Shown one piece after another: positions 27,849-36,904 of a DNA stretch of 64,000 nt. The position numbers were made by a program, and so were the translations under genes. The notes beneath the pieces were generated by a model. It ran no database searches. It was not told where the DNA came from and worked only from the letters and a program-made list of their open reading frames with translations. The stretch's first letter is position 1. Every line of letters starts with the position of its first letter. Location: positions 2,080-66,079 of IMG/VR virus record IMGVR_UViG_3300044816_000060; one strand, 5' to 3'. This DNA comes from a virus. Its lineage: Duplodnaviria; Caudoviricetes.

Positions 27849-28138
27849 GCGGCACCGCCGAGCACCGCCGCTACCTGCTGACCGAGCCAGGTCGCCACGT
27901 TTGCGCTGACCGCATTCCCGGCCTGCATGGTCTGCTCACCCTTGTTCCCGGTGACGATGTAGCTGTCGGGGAACCGCTGCGCGCGCAGGTGCTCACGCGG
28001 GCTGAGCATCCGGAACGAGCAGTCCTCGACGTCGATCCCGGGATGCATCAGGCCGTGCTGTTCGCGGGTGGCGATCGTCGCCAGCGGCTGCTCCCCTGCC
28101 GGGTTCCACCAGTGGTCAGCGTGGACCCAGCCGTTCAT
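27845..28138 (-). pseudogene. C-terminal fragment of C5-cytosine methyltransferase
   Basis: RMLSPRE..RAQ.FPDSY and QAGNAV (motifs IX-X) only. Confidence 0.8.
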
Positions 28139-28488
28139 GCCGCTTGCTCTTGTCCGGCGAGGCGGGCGTCGCGGCGTAGGGCGGCGTTCTCGACCAGCGC
28201 GGCGGACAGTGCGTCCAAGAGCCGGGCGCGTTCCCGTTCGAAAACCTGCCGCGCCCGATCCAGCTGAGCGTTTCGGGTCGCGTCAAGCCCGCCGAGGAGC
28301 CCACGCTGGTAGCCGATGGCGACCGCGTGCGCCCGGTCGCTGGCGGCGAGGTGGCGCAGCAGTGTGCGCATACGGGACTTGACCGTGTGCTCGGAGAGCC
28401 CCAGGCGGTGGCCGATCGCGGCGTTTGTCATCCCCTCGGCGATCAGGTCGAGTACCTGTTGTTCCCGCTCAGAGAGAGTAATGATCAT
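28135..28488 (-). CDS. LuxR-family HTH regulator
   Basis: LSEREQQVL.LIAEG.TN..I..RLGLSEHTVK...DRAHAVA.G. Confidence 0.9.
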   Translation of the reverse strand: MIITLSEREQQVLDLIAEGMTNAAIGHRLGLSEHTVKSRMRTLLRHLAASDRAHAVAIGYQRGLLGGLDATRNAQLDRARQVFERERARLLDALSAALVENAALRRDARLAGQEQAA

Positions 28489-28829
28489 GCGGTGTTCCTT
28501 AGTGCCCACGACGCCGGGAGCAAAAGCACAATTTCGGCGGGTTGGCGGGTCAAGTTGTGGATCAGGTCGTAGATCTCTTCGTCGGCGCACGTCGGCCCGC
28601 AGAGGTCGCACCACGACGGCGGAACTTCGAGCCGGAAGCGCCAGAGGACGCGCCAGACACCGGGGCGGGGCTCCACCCCAGCCGTTTCTTCGCAAACCCC
28701 GCAGGTGTCCAGCCGGGACGGGTCCAAGGTGGCGACGAGATCCACCAGGGGGTGCACGGCGAGGTCGGGTAGTTCGGCGATCCGGTCCGGACGCACGGTG
28801 AACAACTGGGCGGCCGTCATCGGGGGCAC
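28485..28829 (-). CDS. hypothetical protein (CxxC)
   Basis: Coupled ORF. Confidence 0.5.
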   Translation of the reverse strand: MPPMTAAQLFTVRPDRIAELPDLAVHPLVDLVATLDPSRLDTCGVCEETAGVEPRPGVWRVLWRFRLEVPPSWCDLCGPTCADEEIYDLIHNLTRQPAEIVLLLPASWALRNTA

Positions 28830-29041
28830 CTCGGGACGTAGCCGGAGCCGTCAGCGACTCTGGCGATGTCCTGGCCTGGGTTAATGTGTCGCTCGCAGCG
28901 CTCACACACACCGCCGTACGCGGCCTCGAAGGACGGGCCAACGGTGTCGACCTCGGTGGGTAGCTCCCCACCGCGATGCTTCGGGCAGGCGCACATCGAC
29001 GGTGGAAGCTCAGACAGCGGGCACTCCGCTTCCGCGCTCAC
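28817..29041 (-). CDS. Cys-rich hypothetical protein
   Basis: FEAAY.G.C..C...I.PG..I motif. Confidence 0.55.
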   Translation of the reverse strand: MSAEAECPLSELPPSMCACPKHRGGELPTEVDTVGPSFEAAYGGVCERCERHINPGQDIARVADGSGYVPRCPR

Positions 29042-29102
29042 CAGAGCCTCCCGGTGGTCGGGGCGAACTCCAACGGCTCCCACGCGAACGTGCGGGTGGG
29101 GG

Positions 29103-30200
29103 TCACTTCGCTGCCGCCTTCGCCTTGATGGGACGTCCGGCGATGTCGACCTCACGCACAACGGTGGCTCGCGGAGCCTTCGCCTTCGGGGTGTTGGAGT
29201 CGGTGATCGGACGCAGCTCCGACAGGAGCACGGTGCACTCCAGCCAACGTGTCGCGTGGTGGTCGTAAGCCGATGCTTGGGCGGGGGACGGGGAGAAGTG
29301 GAGGCCGTTGCCGCAGGCGTCCGTGTCCTGCCAGTCGTCGCAGGTGACCTCGGCGCCGATCTCGTACAGCGCACCGTGTTGTGACTTGAGGTCGTCCCGG
29401 ACGGCTTTGAACACAGTGATCCGGCCGTCTGCAATGTCGGCGCCGTGGAACTCAGCCCACGTTCGTGGGTAGGATTGGTCGACCGTGGTGAGGTCGATGA
29501 GGTGTCCGCCGGTGAACGTGGCTCTCGCGGAGTGAACGAACAAGGCGACATGGCTCCCGGCCCGCTCAACGGTGCCGCCGTACATGTGGATGGTCGGAGT
29601 GCCTGATGCCCGCTTGACCGTGCCGCCAGCGATCCACTCGACCGTGCCGCCAGCGATCCACTCGACCGTGCCGCCATCGATCCGCTTGACCGTGCCGCCA
29701 CCGATCCGCTTGACCGTGCCGCCATCGATCCGCTTGACCGTGCCGCCAGTGATCCACTTGACCGTGCCGCCAGCGATCCACTCGACCGTGCCGCCATCGA
29801 TCCACTCGACCGTGCCGCCACCGATCCGCTCGACCGTGCCGCCACCGATCCACTCGACCGTGCCGCCACCGATCCACTCGACCGTGCCGCCAGCGATCCG
29901 CTTGACCGTGCCGCCATCGATCCGCTTGACCGTGCCGCCATCGATCCGCTTGACCGTGCCGCCAGTGATCCACTTGACCGTGCCGCCATCGATCCGCTCG
30001 ACCGTGCCGCCATCGATCCGCTCGACCGTGCCGCCATCGATCCACTCGATGCAGGATTGGCCGGTCACGGTGACCGCGCTCTGACCGGTGTCTCTGATGT
30101 TGATCCACACACCACGCGGGGAATCGATTTTTACATCCTGTACCCCATCGGCGATGGCCTGATCCAGCTCGGCCTGCGAAACAACTACGCGCTCGCTCAT
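29103..30200 (-). CDS. repeat protein with conserved C-terminal phage domain (DUF7666-like)
   Basis: 18 GGTV(E/K)(R/W)Ix repeats; VFKAV...CGNGLHF...KAKA. Confidence 0.8.
   Translation of the reverse strand: MSERVVVSQAELDQAIADGVQDVKIDSPRGVWINIRDTGQSAVTVTGQSCIEWIDGGTVERIDGGTVERIDGGTVKWITGGTVKRIDGGTVKRIDGGTVKRIAGGTVEWIGGGTVEWIGGGTVERIGGGTVEWIDGGTVEWIAGGTVKWITGGTVKRIDGGTVKRIGGGTVKRIDGGTVEWIAGGTVEWIAGGTVKRASGTPTIHMYGGTVERAGSHVALFVHSARATFTGGHLIDLTTVDQSYPRTWAEFHGADIADGRITVFKAVRDDLKSQHGALYEIGAEVTCDDWQDTDACGNGLHFSPSPAQASAYDHHATRWLECTVLLSELRPITDSNTPKAKAPRATVVREVDIAGRPIKAKAAAK
29610..30049. repeat. 24-bp coding tandem repeat, about 18 copies
   Basis: Minus-strand unit GGCGGCACGGTC(G/A)AG(C/T)GGATC-NNT. 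Confidence 0.95.
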
Positions 30201-30712
30201 GCCGTCACCTGGGCCGTCTTGGGTGTGCGTGGTTTCCGGGGTCGGGGTGACGGCTTCCGCGTCGGCTCGTCGTGGCGGCACACGATCGCCCCGTCCGGAC
30301 CGTGTGCTTCGCAGCCGGGCTGGTGACCGGGCACCAGGGAGCACACGTATTCGCCGTCGATCTCGGCGGGCCAGCGGGCGGCGCACCGACCGGAAGGCCA
30401 CTGACCGGGTGGGGGCAGCGGTTCCGGCAGCCACGCTAGGCCCTTGTCTGAGATCAGTTCCCGGGCAAGTTCCGCGCCGGCGGTGAATGCGCGTGCCCGT
30501 TCGGAGGACAGGTCGGCTTCGGATTGCGACACGAAGCCGGACGCCTGGCCGTCGGGGTCGAACAGCAGCACCGGCAGCCGGGACGCCGTAGTCGGGTCTG
30601 ACAGCCGCCACGGGGGTGCGGGGACTTCGTTGCGGATCAACAAACGGTGCTCCTTCGGGACGGAGACCTCTTGTGCTTCCGGCTGAGTGGGCCGGTGAGT
30701 TACGCTGGCCAT
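30197..30712 (-). CDS. hypothetical protein
   Basis: RBS-like GAAGGA plus ATG; coupled to repeat gene. Confidence 0.6.
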   Translation of the reverse strand: MASVTHRPTQPEAQEVSVPKEHRLLIRNEVPAPPWRLSDPTTASRLPVLLFDPDGQASGFVSQSEADLSSERARAFTAGAELARELISDKGLAWLPEPLPPPGQWPSGRCAARWPAEIDGEYVCSLVPGHQPGCEAHGPDGAIVCRHDEPTRKPSPRPRKPRTPKTAQVTA

Positions 30713-30792
30713 ATCGGGCTTTCCTTCGTGAAGGTGGGTTGGGTCCGGTACTGAGGCTCTGACCGGCGGCAACCGGGCAGGGCCTCGCTCGT

Positions 30793-31614
30793 TTATGCGG
30801 GGAGAGCGGGCGGGCTGACACCTCCGAGGTGTTGGTGAAGCCAGCCCATGCCCTTCACCGTCACGCGGATCTGCGGTGGATCCAGCACGAGTTCGCCCGT
30901 GCGGGGGTGGTAGTGGCTCTGCGGGATCTCGGAGAGCCGGCCGGACTCGATGGCCGACTGGTAGCAGCGGTGGCGCTGGTCGATCTGCTGCCGGTAGATC
31001 CAGCGCAGGTCGCGCAGCACGGTGAACAGACGATCACGGCCCAGCTTGATCTGTGGGTCGCGGCTGAGGATCTTCGCCGCGTCGGCGACGCTGAGGTCAC
31101 CGCTCGCGGTGGCGAGGACGTTCCACTGCTCGGCGGCCGGTTCGAGCTCGGCCACTTTCGCCTCAGCGGCGACCGCGCGGTCCATCTGGTCGGCGGCCAG
31201 GCGCAGAGCCTCTTGCAACGTCTGCGGGATCTCGTGGCGCTGAGCGGGCACGTTGGCTGGAGTCTCGCCGCGACGCAGCGCGGGCAGGACGTCCCGGTAC
31301 ACCCAGGTCTGGAAGCGGGACACCAAGTCGCGCACGGTCTCGTCGGAGATGCGGGCGGCCTGCCGCTGTCCGAGTGCCCGGTAGAACCCGGCCTCGGTCA
31401 GGTAGGTGGTCCGCTGGTCACCGCCTGGGGTACACGCTGTCGTGTACCCCTTCTCCTCGGCTGGGATGGTCTCCAAGAGTCGGTAGGCGTCTCGGATACC
31501 GAGGGCGTGGGCGACTTCCGGCGCAGACACGTGGAAGCCGTCGTTCGGGTGCGCGGTGACGGACAGGTTGAACTCGCCGTTGCTGAACGGCTGCACGACC
31601 AGGTCGCCGCTCAT
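30793..31614 (-). CDS. antirepressor (Bro-N plus ANT/KilAC)
   Basis: TPGGDQ...LTEAGFY; IPQTL.EALR.AAD; RVTVKG. Confidence 0.9.
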   Translation of the reverse strand: MSGDLVVQPFSNGEFNLSVTAHPNDGFHVSAPEVAHALGIRDAYRLLETIPAEEKGYTTACTPGGDQRTTYLTEAGFYRALGQRQAARISDETVRDLVSRFQTWVYRDVLPALRRGETPANVPAQRHEIPQTLQEALRLAADQMDRAVAAEAKVAELEPAAEQWNVLATASGDLSVADAAKILSRDPQIKLGRDRLFTVLRDLRWIYRQQIDQRHRCYQSAIESGRLSEIPQSHYHPRTGELVLDPPQIRVTVKGMGWLHQHLGGVSPPALPA

Positions 31615-31793
31615 GCCGAGTCGTCCGAGCTGAGGAAGTCCTGGATCGCCGTCCGAGGTACCCGGTACTTGTTGCCTAGCCACTTCGCGCGCAGTTCCTT
31701 GGCCTTGATCAGTTCCAAGGCCTTGATGTAGGAGATGCCGATCTCGGTGGCGGCCTCGCGGACGCTGACGGTCTGGCAGGCGGGGGCGCTCAC
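31611..31793 (-). CDS. xis: excisionase-like HTH protein
   Basis: SVREAA..IGIS......I...ELRA...G.KYRVP. Confidence 0.8.
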   Translation of the reverse strand: MSAPACQTVSVREAATEIGISYIKALELIKAKELRAKWLGNKYRVPRTAIQDFLSSDDSA

Positions 31794-32116
31794 GCGGCAC
31801 CGTCCTCGCAAGTTGCGTCCAGGCAACTTGCGTCTCCAGACACGAGAGAGGCAGGTGGGGCTTCGAAAACGTCCTGCCATGGCAGGTGGAGACGAAAAGC
31901 AAGTTTCATGGCGAACTTCTCGGAGATGGTGGTCATCTCGCCGGTCTCGATGAGACTGATGGCGTTCTGCGTCTTGTTGCACAGGGCGGCGAGTTGACGT
32001 TGGGACAGGTTGAGGCGTAGCCGTTCGCGGCGGATGCGATCGGGGTCGGTGACCCGCATGTAGCGCTCCTTGGTGACCCGCCGCCGTGTGGGCGGGCGTC
32101 GCTGGGGTTCCGCCAT
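31790..32116 (-). CDS. Cro-like XRE HTH protein
   Basis: LSQRQLAALC.KTQ.AISLIETG; divergent from repressor. Confidence 0.85.
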   Translation of the reverse strand: MAEPQRRPPTRRRVTKERYMRVTDPDRIRRERLRLNLSQRQLAALCNKTQNAISLIETGEMTTISEKFAMKLAFRLHLPWQDVFEAPPASLVSGDASCLDATCEDGAA

Positions 32117-32280
32117 AGTGCCCTCCTGTTGTCGTTTTGACAAGTTGAGTATGGCCAACTTTTGCCACTCGTCAAGTGCACAAGACCCACTTTTGCAGCG
32201 CAAGCGGCCAGTAGAGTGCAACCAACTGTTGACGATCACTACTGCCTTTGGCCGCGCGGCCCGACACCAACGGGGGACCT
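32117..32280. promoter_or_regulatory. divergent promoter/operator (genetic switch)
   Basis: AT-rich gap between divergent HTH genes; repeated ACTTTTGC and TTGAC motifs. Confidence 0.7.
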
Positions 32281-32766
32281 GTGTCGAGACCTAGGACGTA
32301 CCGGGACGTCATCGAGGCAGCTTTCAAGCATCAGAATGTGCGGTACGGGACCGATCTGGAGCGGATCGCCAAACGGGCAGGCTTCCCCCTCGTGTCGACG
32401 ACGATCAACCAGATGAAGGCGGGCACCTACCACAGCCGACCCGAGCGGCCCACGCTGGAAGCACTCGCGTTCATCTCCGGACTGCCCATGCGGGTGATCC
32501 AGGAGGTGGCCGGTGTGCCGGTCACCGAGACACCTTTCGTGGATCAGCTCCCCGCCGACGTGGACCGGCTGACACCTCGGGAGCGGGACGCAGTGATCGT
32601 GCTGTTGCGGGTGCTGCTGGACCGGCCGGCGGGCGGGGCTGAGCCGGTGAATCCGTTGCTCACCGCGGGTGCCTCTGAGGCCGGCAAAGGCGGCGCCCCG
32701 CATAGCCGTGATGTGCCGACGACGACAGGGCCGAGTGTTGACAACGACGAAGCCACGGGTTACTGA
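32281..32766 (+). CDS. immunity repressor (putative)
   Basis: Divergent from cro, upstream of integrase; P...TLEALA...LP.DVDRLT.RER. Confidence 0.7.
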   Translation: MSRPRTYRDVIEAAFKHQNVRYGTDLERIAKRAGFPLVSTTINQMKAGTYHSRPERPTLEALAFISGLPMRVIQEVAGVPVTETPFVDQLPADVDRLTPRERDAVIVLLRVLLDRPAGGAEPVNPLLTAGASEAGKGGAPHSRDVPTTTGPSVDNDEATGY

Positions 32767-32987
32767 GGTTCACTCAGTCGTGTGATAATTGTGACGCTCC
32801 GTTGATCGCGATTCACGCACAGTTAACCACGGATCGCGCCTGACCGGGGCCATGGTCCACACGAATCAACAACCCCGTGAACCGCGAAACCGAGCGTCCC
32901 GTCAGGTTGCCCAGCCGACCGGGCCAAGGCCACGATAGCCGCCCTGCTGACAAGTAGACGTGGCCGTCGCTAAGGAGTGGACCACCC

Positions 32988-33278
32988 ATGCTGTTCCCGG
33001 CGCTACCCGACCCCGAAGACCTCACCGCCGCGGCCAGCTGGGTGCTGTCCCGGTTCCGCGCCGACGGCATCGACATCATCATCGATGCCGACATGGACAC
33101 CCCCGTACTCACCTGCAGTCAGTCACGCCGCATCTGGCTACCTCGCAGCCAGTCCTTCCCGATCAGCCACTTCTGGGCGCTGCGCGCACGCCTGTTCCTC
33201 GAAGGCGGGGCCGCGTGGGCACCCGAGTTCGGCGGGCGCCCGAACAACGGCGGCACCCCGCTGCGGCTGGTCGCCTGA
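32988..33278 (+). CDS. hypothetical protein
   Basis: AAGGAG RBS; lies between repressor and integrase. Confidence 0.6.
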   Translation: MLFPALPDPEDLTAAASWVLSRFRADGIDIIIDADMDTPVLTCSQSRRIWLPRSQSFPISHFWALRARLFLEGGAAWAPEFGGRPNNGGTPLRLVA

Positions 33279-33281
33279 ACC

Positions 33282-34472
33282 ATGCCCGGCCGGCCGCCGC
33301 TGCCCGTGGGCACACACGGCTCCATCTCCGCCAAGAAAGTCGGCGGCGGGTGGCGGGCACGCTGCTACGTCCGCGACGCCGACGGGCGCCGACGCGAAGT
33401 CGTACGCACCGCGAGCTCGAAAACCGCGGCCTTGTGGGCGGTCCAGGAAGCACTCAAGACGAGGCCGGCGTTCTCCGGGTCCGACATTACCGCCGAGTCC
33501 CTGATCTCGGCGGTCGCCGAAGCCTGGTTCGCCGCCGTCCAGCGCGACGTGGACGAAGGCCAGAAGTCGCCCGGCACCTACCGCACATACCTCTCGGCGT
33601 GGACCAACCACATCGAGCCCGGCATCGGGGCGTTGCGCTGCCGGGAATGCACGGTAGCCCGCCTGGAGGGCTTCCTGGTGGAGCTGGGCGCCCGGAAGAT
33701 GGCGTCAGGGCAGCGGAAGTCGGTCAAGACCGTCACCTCGGGGATCATCGGGCACGCCACCCGGCTCGGCGCGCTGCCGCTGAACCCGGTCCGGGACACC
33801 TCGAGGATCGTCGCCACCGCGAAACGCCGACCACGTGCGCTCACCGCACAGGAGATAGTCCAATGGTTGGACTACGTGCACGAGCGGGAGCAGCGCGCGG
33901 CGGGCACGTCCCGCCCGGACGTGCAAGATCTCTACTCGTTGACGTTGATGATGTTGGCGACGGGTGTGCGGATCTCGGAGATGCTCGCCGTCCGGGTCGA
34001 GGATGTGAGCCTGGACGAGGGCACGGTGAATGTGTCCCACCGGATCCGGCGGGTCACCGGGAAGGGGCTGCAGCGGGCCCGCCGTCAGGGCAGCAAGGGT
34101 GAGGCGGTGCTGCTGCGGCTCCCGTCCTGGGCGCTGACTCTGGTGAAACGGCGCCGGCTGGCCCTCGGTGGTACCGGCCCGCTGTTTCCCTCGACGGTGG
34201 GGACGTGGCGGGATCCTTCGAACACCTCGCGGGCGTTCCGGGTCGCCCGCGACGGCGCGGGGTTCAGTTGGATGACCACGCACAACTTCCGTAAGACCGT
34301 GGCGACCCTGCTGGACGACGCGGGTCTGCCGGCCCGGTTGGTGGCTGATCAGATGACTCACAAGAAGGTGTCGATGACTCAGGATCTCTATCTGGGGCGG
34401 GGTGTGGTGGGTGATCGCGCTGCTCAGGTGCTCGAAGCGTTGGACCCGGCACGGCGAATAAGTGGGGAATAA
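33282..34472 (+). CDS. int: tyrosine integrase
   Basis: TGVRISE, HNFRK, MTH, Y motifs; N-terminal arm-binding region. Confidence 0.95.
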   Translation: MPGRPPLPVGTHGSISAKKVGGGWRARCYVRDADGRRREVVRTASSKTAALWAVQEALKTRPAFSGSDITAESLISAVAEAWFAAVQRDVDEGQKSPGTYRTYLSAWTNHIEPGIGALRCRECTVARLEGFLVELGARKMASGQRKSVKTVTSGIIGHATRLGALPLNPVRDTSRIVATAKRRPRALTAQEIVQWLDYVHEREQRAAGTSRPDVQDLYSLTLMMLATGVRISEMLAVRVEDVSLDEGTVNVSHRIRRVTGKGLQRARRQGSKGEAVLLRLPSWALTLVKRRRLALGGTGPLFPSTVGTWRDPSNTSRAFRVARDGAGFSWMTTHNFRKTVATLLDDAGLPARLVADQMTHKKVSMTQDLYLGRGVVGDRAAQVLEALDPARRISGE

Positions 34473-34702
34473 GTGCGTATCCGATCAGCTCAGACGGATC
34501 TTGCTAGACCTTGTTTCCGCTGGTAGATGCTCCTCCGACTGGACTCGAACCAGTAACCCTGCGAGATACGCTCCCCCGTTCCAGGACGTGCCGGTTACGT
34601 GTGCCGGACGTATTGGTCCTGTTCACCGCTCCCGGTACAGTCCCTGCCGTCGCGTACGTCTGACGTACCGGTTACGTGCCCCCGAGTTTGTGGGGAATAA
34701 GT
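34454..34702. other. attP with tRNA-Asn-like core (34528-34559) and arm repeats
   Basis: Reverse complement GGGTTACTGGTTCGAGTCCAGTCGGAGGAGCA is a tRNA 3' end; GTGGGGAATAAGT at 34462 and 34690 flanks the core. Confidence 0.85.
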
Positions 34703-34805
34703 ACGGATCCGGCCAGAGTCCCGACCAGTCGTCCCTACGATCAATCGTAGAACCTGTGCTATCTTCGATCCATGAAAGATCGCGGATGGCCTAGCATGAC
34801 CAACC

Positions 34806-35072
34806 GTGACGGAACCCAGCCTCCCCGCGCTGCCGTGGCTGGTCCGTCTCATGACGAGCGAGGCACCCTTGGACGACCTGTCGGACGCTCAAGTGGTCGA
34901 AGCGGTGGAACTGGCTCGACAGGCGAAGCTGGACGCGGAACGTCGAGCAGCCCACGAACTCCACGAACGCGGCTGGACGTGGGAGCAGATCGGGAAGTCC
35001 CTGGGAGTGGTCCAGTCCACGACCCACAGGTGGGCTCGGGAGTACCGCGAGCAGCGGGACCTCCCGGAGTAG
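34806..35072 (+). CDS. small HTH regulator
   Basis: GWTWEQIG.SLGV.QST.HRW. Confidence 0.8.
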   Translation: MTEPSLPALPWLVRLMTSEAPLDDLSDAQVVEAVELARQAKLDAERRAAHELHERGWTWEQIGKSLGVVQSTTHRWAREYREQRDLPE

Positions 35073-35238
35073 TAACCGCCGAGTCCGCACCCCGTTTCGT
35101 CGAGGGCCGCTTGGATCTGTGGCTGGACGGAGAGTCACACTCCGTCTACATCGAGTCCTGCCCAACCTGTCTCGTCCTGATCCCCACCGACGCGCGGTCA
35201 GCGCACCTAGATTGGCACCGCCGCCAGGAGGTGCAGAG

Positions 35239-35517
35239 GTGAGCGACCGCAACGCGGCCCATCTGGGGGCGTTCACCTGCGTGCTGGTGCCGTTCCTGGT
35301 CTTCGGCGCCTTCGGTGCCTGGCAGCTCGCGGGGGCAACAGCGATCGGGCTGGCGGTCGGGCTGTCCCTCGGCGCCGGGTATCTGCACTACTACCGGACC
35401 AGACCGGCGCCGCGACGGGCCGCCGTCCAGGCCCCCCCGCAGGTGGTGGCCTGGTACCTCGACAAGGAGGCCGAGCAGATGACCGCCCGGATCCGCGAAG
35501 CGGCGGCGCGCCGGTGA
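35239..35517 (+). CDS. membrane protein
   Basis: GGAGG RBS; two hydrophobic segments. Confidence 0.65.
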   Translation: MSDRNAAHLGAFTCVLVPFLVFGAFGAWQLAGATAIGLAVGLSLGAGYLHYYRTRPAPRRAAVQAPPQVVAWYLDKEAEQMTARIREAAARR

Positions 35518-35702
35518 ACGCCGACCGGAACTACCCGCTACCCCGGCCCGCCGAGGCGGATCCCCGGTTCAGCTTCGGCCTGGCCTTCGACGTCGCCCGG
35601 GTGATCGAACAACACGGTTACCCGCCCGTCACGGCCGGGGCCGACCTAGTCGAGCTCCAACAGGCCCTCTTCGTTTTTCTTTATGCCGACCCGGAGACCT
35701 GA
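35514..35702 (+). CDS. hypothetical protein
   Basis: DPRFSFGL..DVA.V...HGYP motif; coupled. Confidence 0.65.
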   Translation: MNADRNYPLPRPAEADPRFSFGLAFDVARVIEQHGYPPVTAGADLVELQQALFVFLYADPET

Positions 35703-35799
35703 TGGCGTGCCCCGGCTGCGGTGAGGAGCTGCGCCTGGACTGCCCGCTGTGCCCGATCAACCGACGTGAGAGTGACCAACCAATCGAAGGAGAGACACG

Positions 35800-36450
35800 A
35801 TGACCCGACCGGGCGGGCTCGCTTGGTTCGGGGCCACCCTCGTTTGGACCGGTGCCGCCGCGCTCAGCTTCGCCGGCCTGGACGGGCTCGCCCGGTCCTG
35901 CTACATCTCCCCCGTCCTCGCGCCGCTGCTGCCGCTGGTGGTCGACGTCGGCGTCGCGGTGGCCGCCTGGGTGTGGCGGCGCGGTGTCAACCCCGACGCG
36001 GCCAGGCTCGCCGGGCGACTCACCTGGTCCCTGCTCGTTCTGACCGTCCTCGGGAACGGCGCCCACCTCGGCATGGAGTCGTCGCACATCCTCCCGCCTT
36101 GGTGGGTGGCAGCGGCGGTCGGGGCGATCCCTCCGGCGGTGGCCGGGGCTACCGCGCACCTGCTCGTCCTGCTGGGCCGGACCGATGTCCCCACAGTCAG
36201 CCCATCCGCCGAGGGATCGGATGGGCCACAGGCAGCTACCGGGGCGGTGGTCCCCCCGGCCGTCCCGGTAGCTCCCAAACAGGACAGCACGCCAGCGGGC
36301 ACCGACAGTTCCACGAAGAGGTCGGCTGGCGCGGTCCGGGTCGAGCGGTCCCGCAAGCACAAGGCCGGCGACCACTCCATCTGCCTGCCCGGCAACTGCC
36401 CCGAGGCGCCGGTCAATGGTGCCGAGATCCGAGACGCGGTGATGGCATGA
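35800..36450 (+). CDS. DUF2637/Spd-like membrane protein
   Basis: ALSF..L..LA...A.LLPL.VD...GN..H...AIPP; four TM segments. Confidence 0.8.
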   Translation: MTRPGGLAWFGATLVWTGAAALSFAGLDGLARSCYISPVLAPLLPLVVDVGVAVAAWVWRRGVNPDAARLAGRLTWSLLVLTVLGNGAHLGMESSHILPPWWVAAAVGAIPPAVAGATAHLLVLLGRTDVPTVSPSAEGSDGPQAATGAVVPPAVPVAPKQDSTPAGTDSSTKRSAGAVRVERSRKHKAGDHSICLPGNCPEAPVNGAEIRDAVMA

Positions 36451-36632
36451 GGTTCAGGTTCCGGCAGAACCTGCGGCTGGGCCCGTTCGTCTGGCGCTTT
36501 AGCCAGTCGGGCTATACCGGCTGGGGCATCCAGATCGGCCGCTACCGGTGGAACGCCCGCACCGGCCGGCACAGCTTCGACAGCCCCGGAATTGGTGGAT
36601 GGCAATGGGGCGGGAAGCGGAGACGCCGGTGA
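36447..36632 (+). CDS. DUF4236-like small basic protein
   Basis: FRFRQ.LRLGPF...S.SG...PG.G. Confidence 0.7.
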   Translation: MRFRFRQNLRLGPFVWRFSQSGYTGWGIQIGRYRWNARTGRHSFDSPGIGGWQWGGKRRRR

Positions 36633-36904
36633 GCCGGAAGCGACGCACCGCGTTCCCCCGCAACCCGGCCAGCAGCCTGCTCATGTCCCTGCTGCGGCTG
36701 GTCGAGGCGTTCCGGCATGTCCGGTCGAAGGGGCAGACGACGCGGCGCCGAGCGGTCGCTCGGGCCGCCCGACCGCCTGATCGGTGCCCCACCTGCCGCC
36801 AGGACGTACCGCACTCGCCCGACTGGCGCGACCACGTCCATGACGACCTACCGGGCCGGGCACGACCGTCACACCAGTTCGGACGAGACATGGGGGCGAG
36901 ATGA
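36629..36904 (+). CDS. hypothetical protein
   Basis: Coupled on both sides. Confidence 0.5.
   Translation: MSRKRRTAFPRNPASSLLMSLLRLVEAFRHVRSKGQTTRRRAVARAARPPDRCPTCRQDVPHSPDWRDHVHDDLPGRARPSHQFGRDMGAR

Noticed and set aside
28817-30037. 406-aa MAARSSGS repeat ORF
   Set aside because: Alternative frame of the tandem repeat; only its last 74 codons look like a real gene.
29610-30049. CRISPR-like array
   Set aside because: Contiguous in-frame 24-bp coding repeats with no unique spacers and no cas genes.
34528-34559. Functional tRNA gene
   Set aside because: Only the 3' part is present; it is explained as the attP core.
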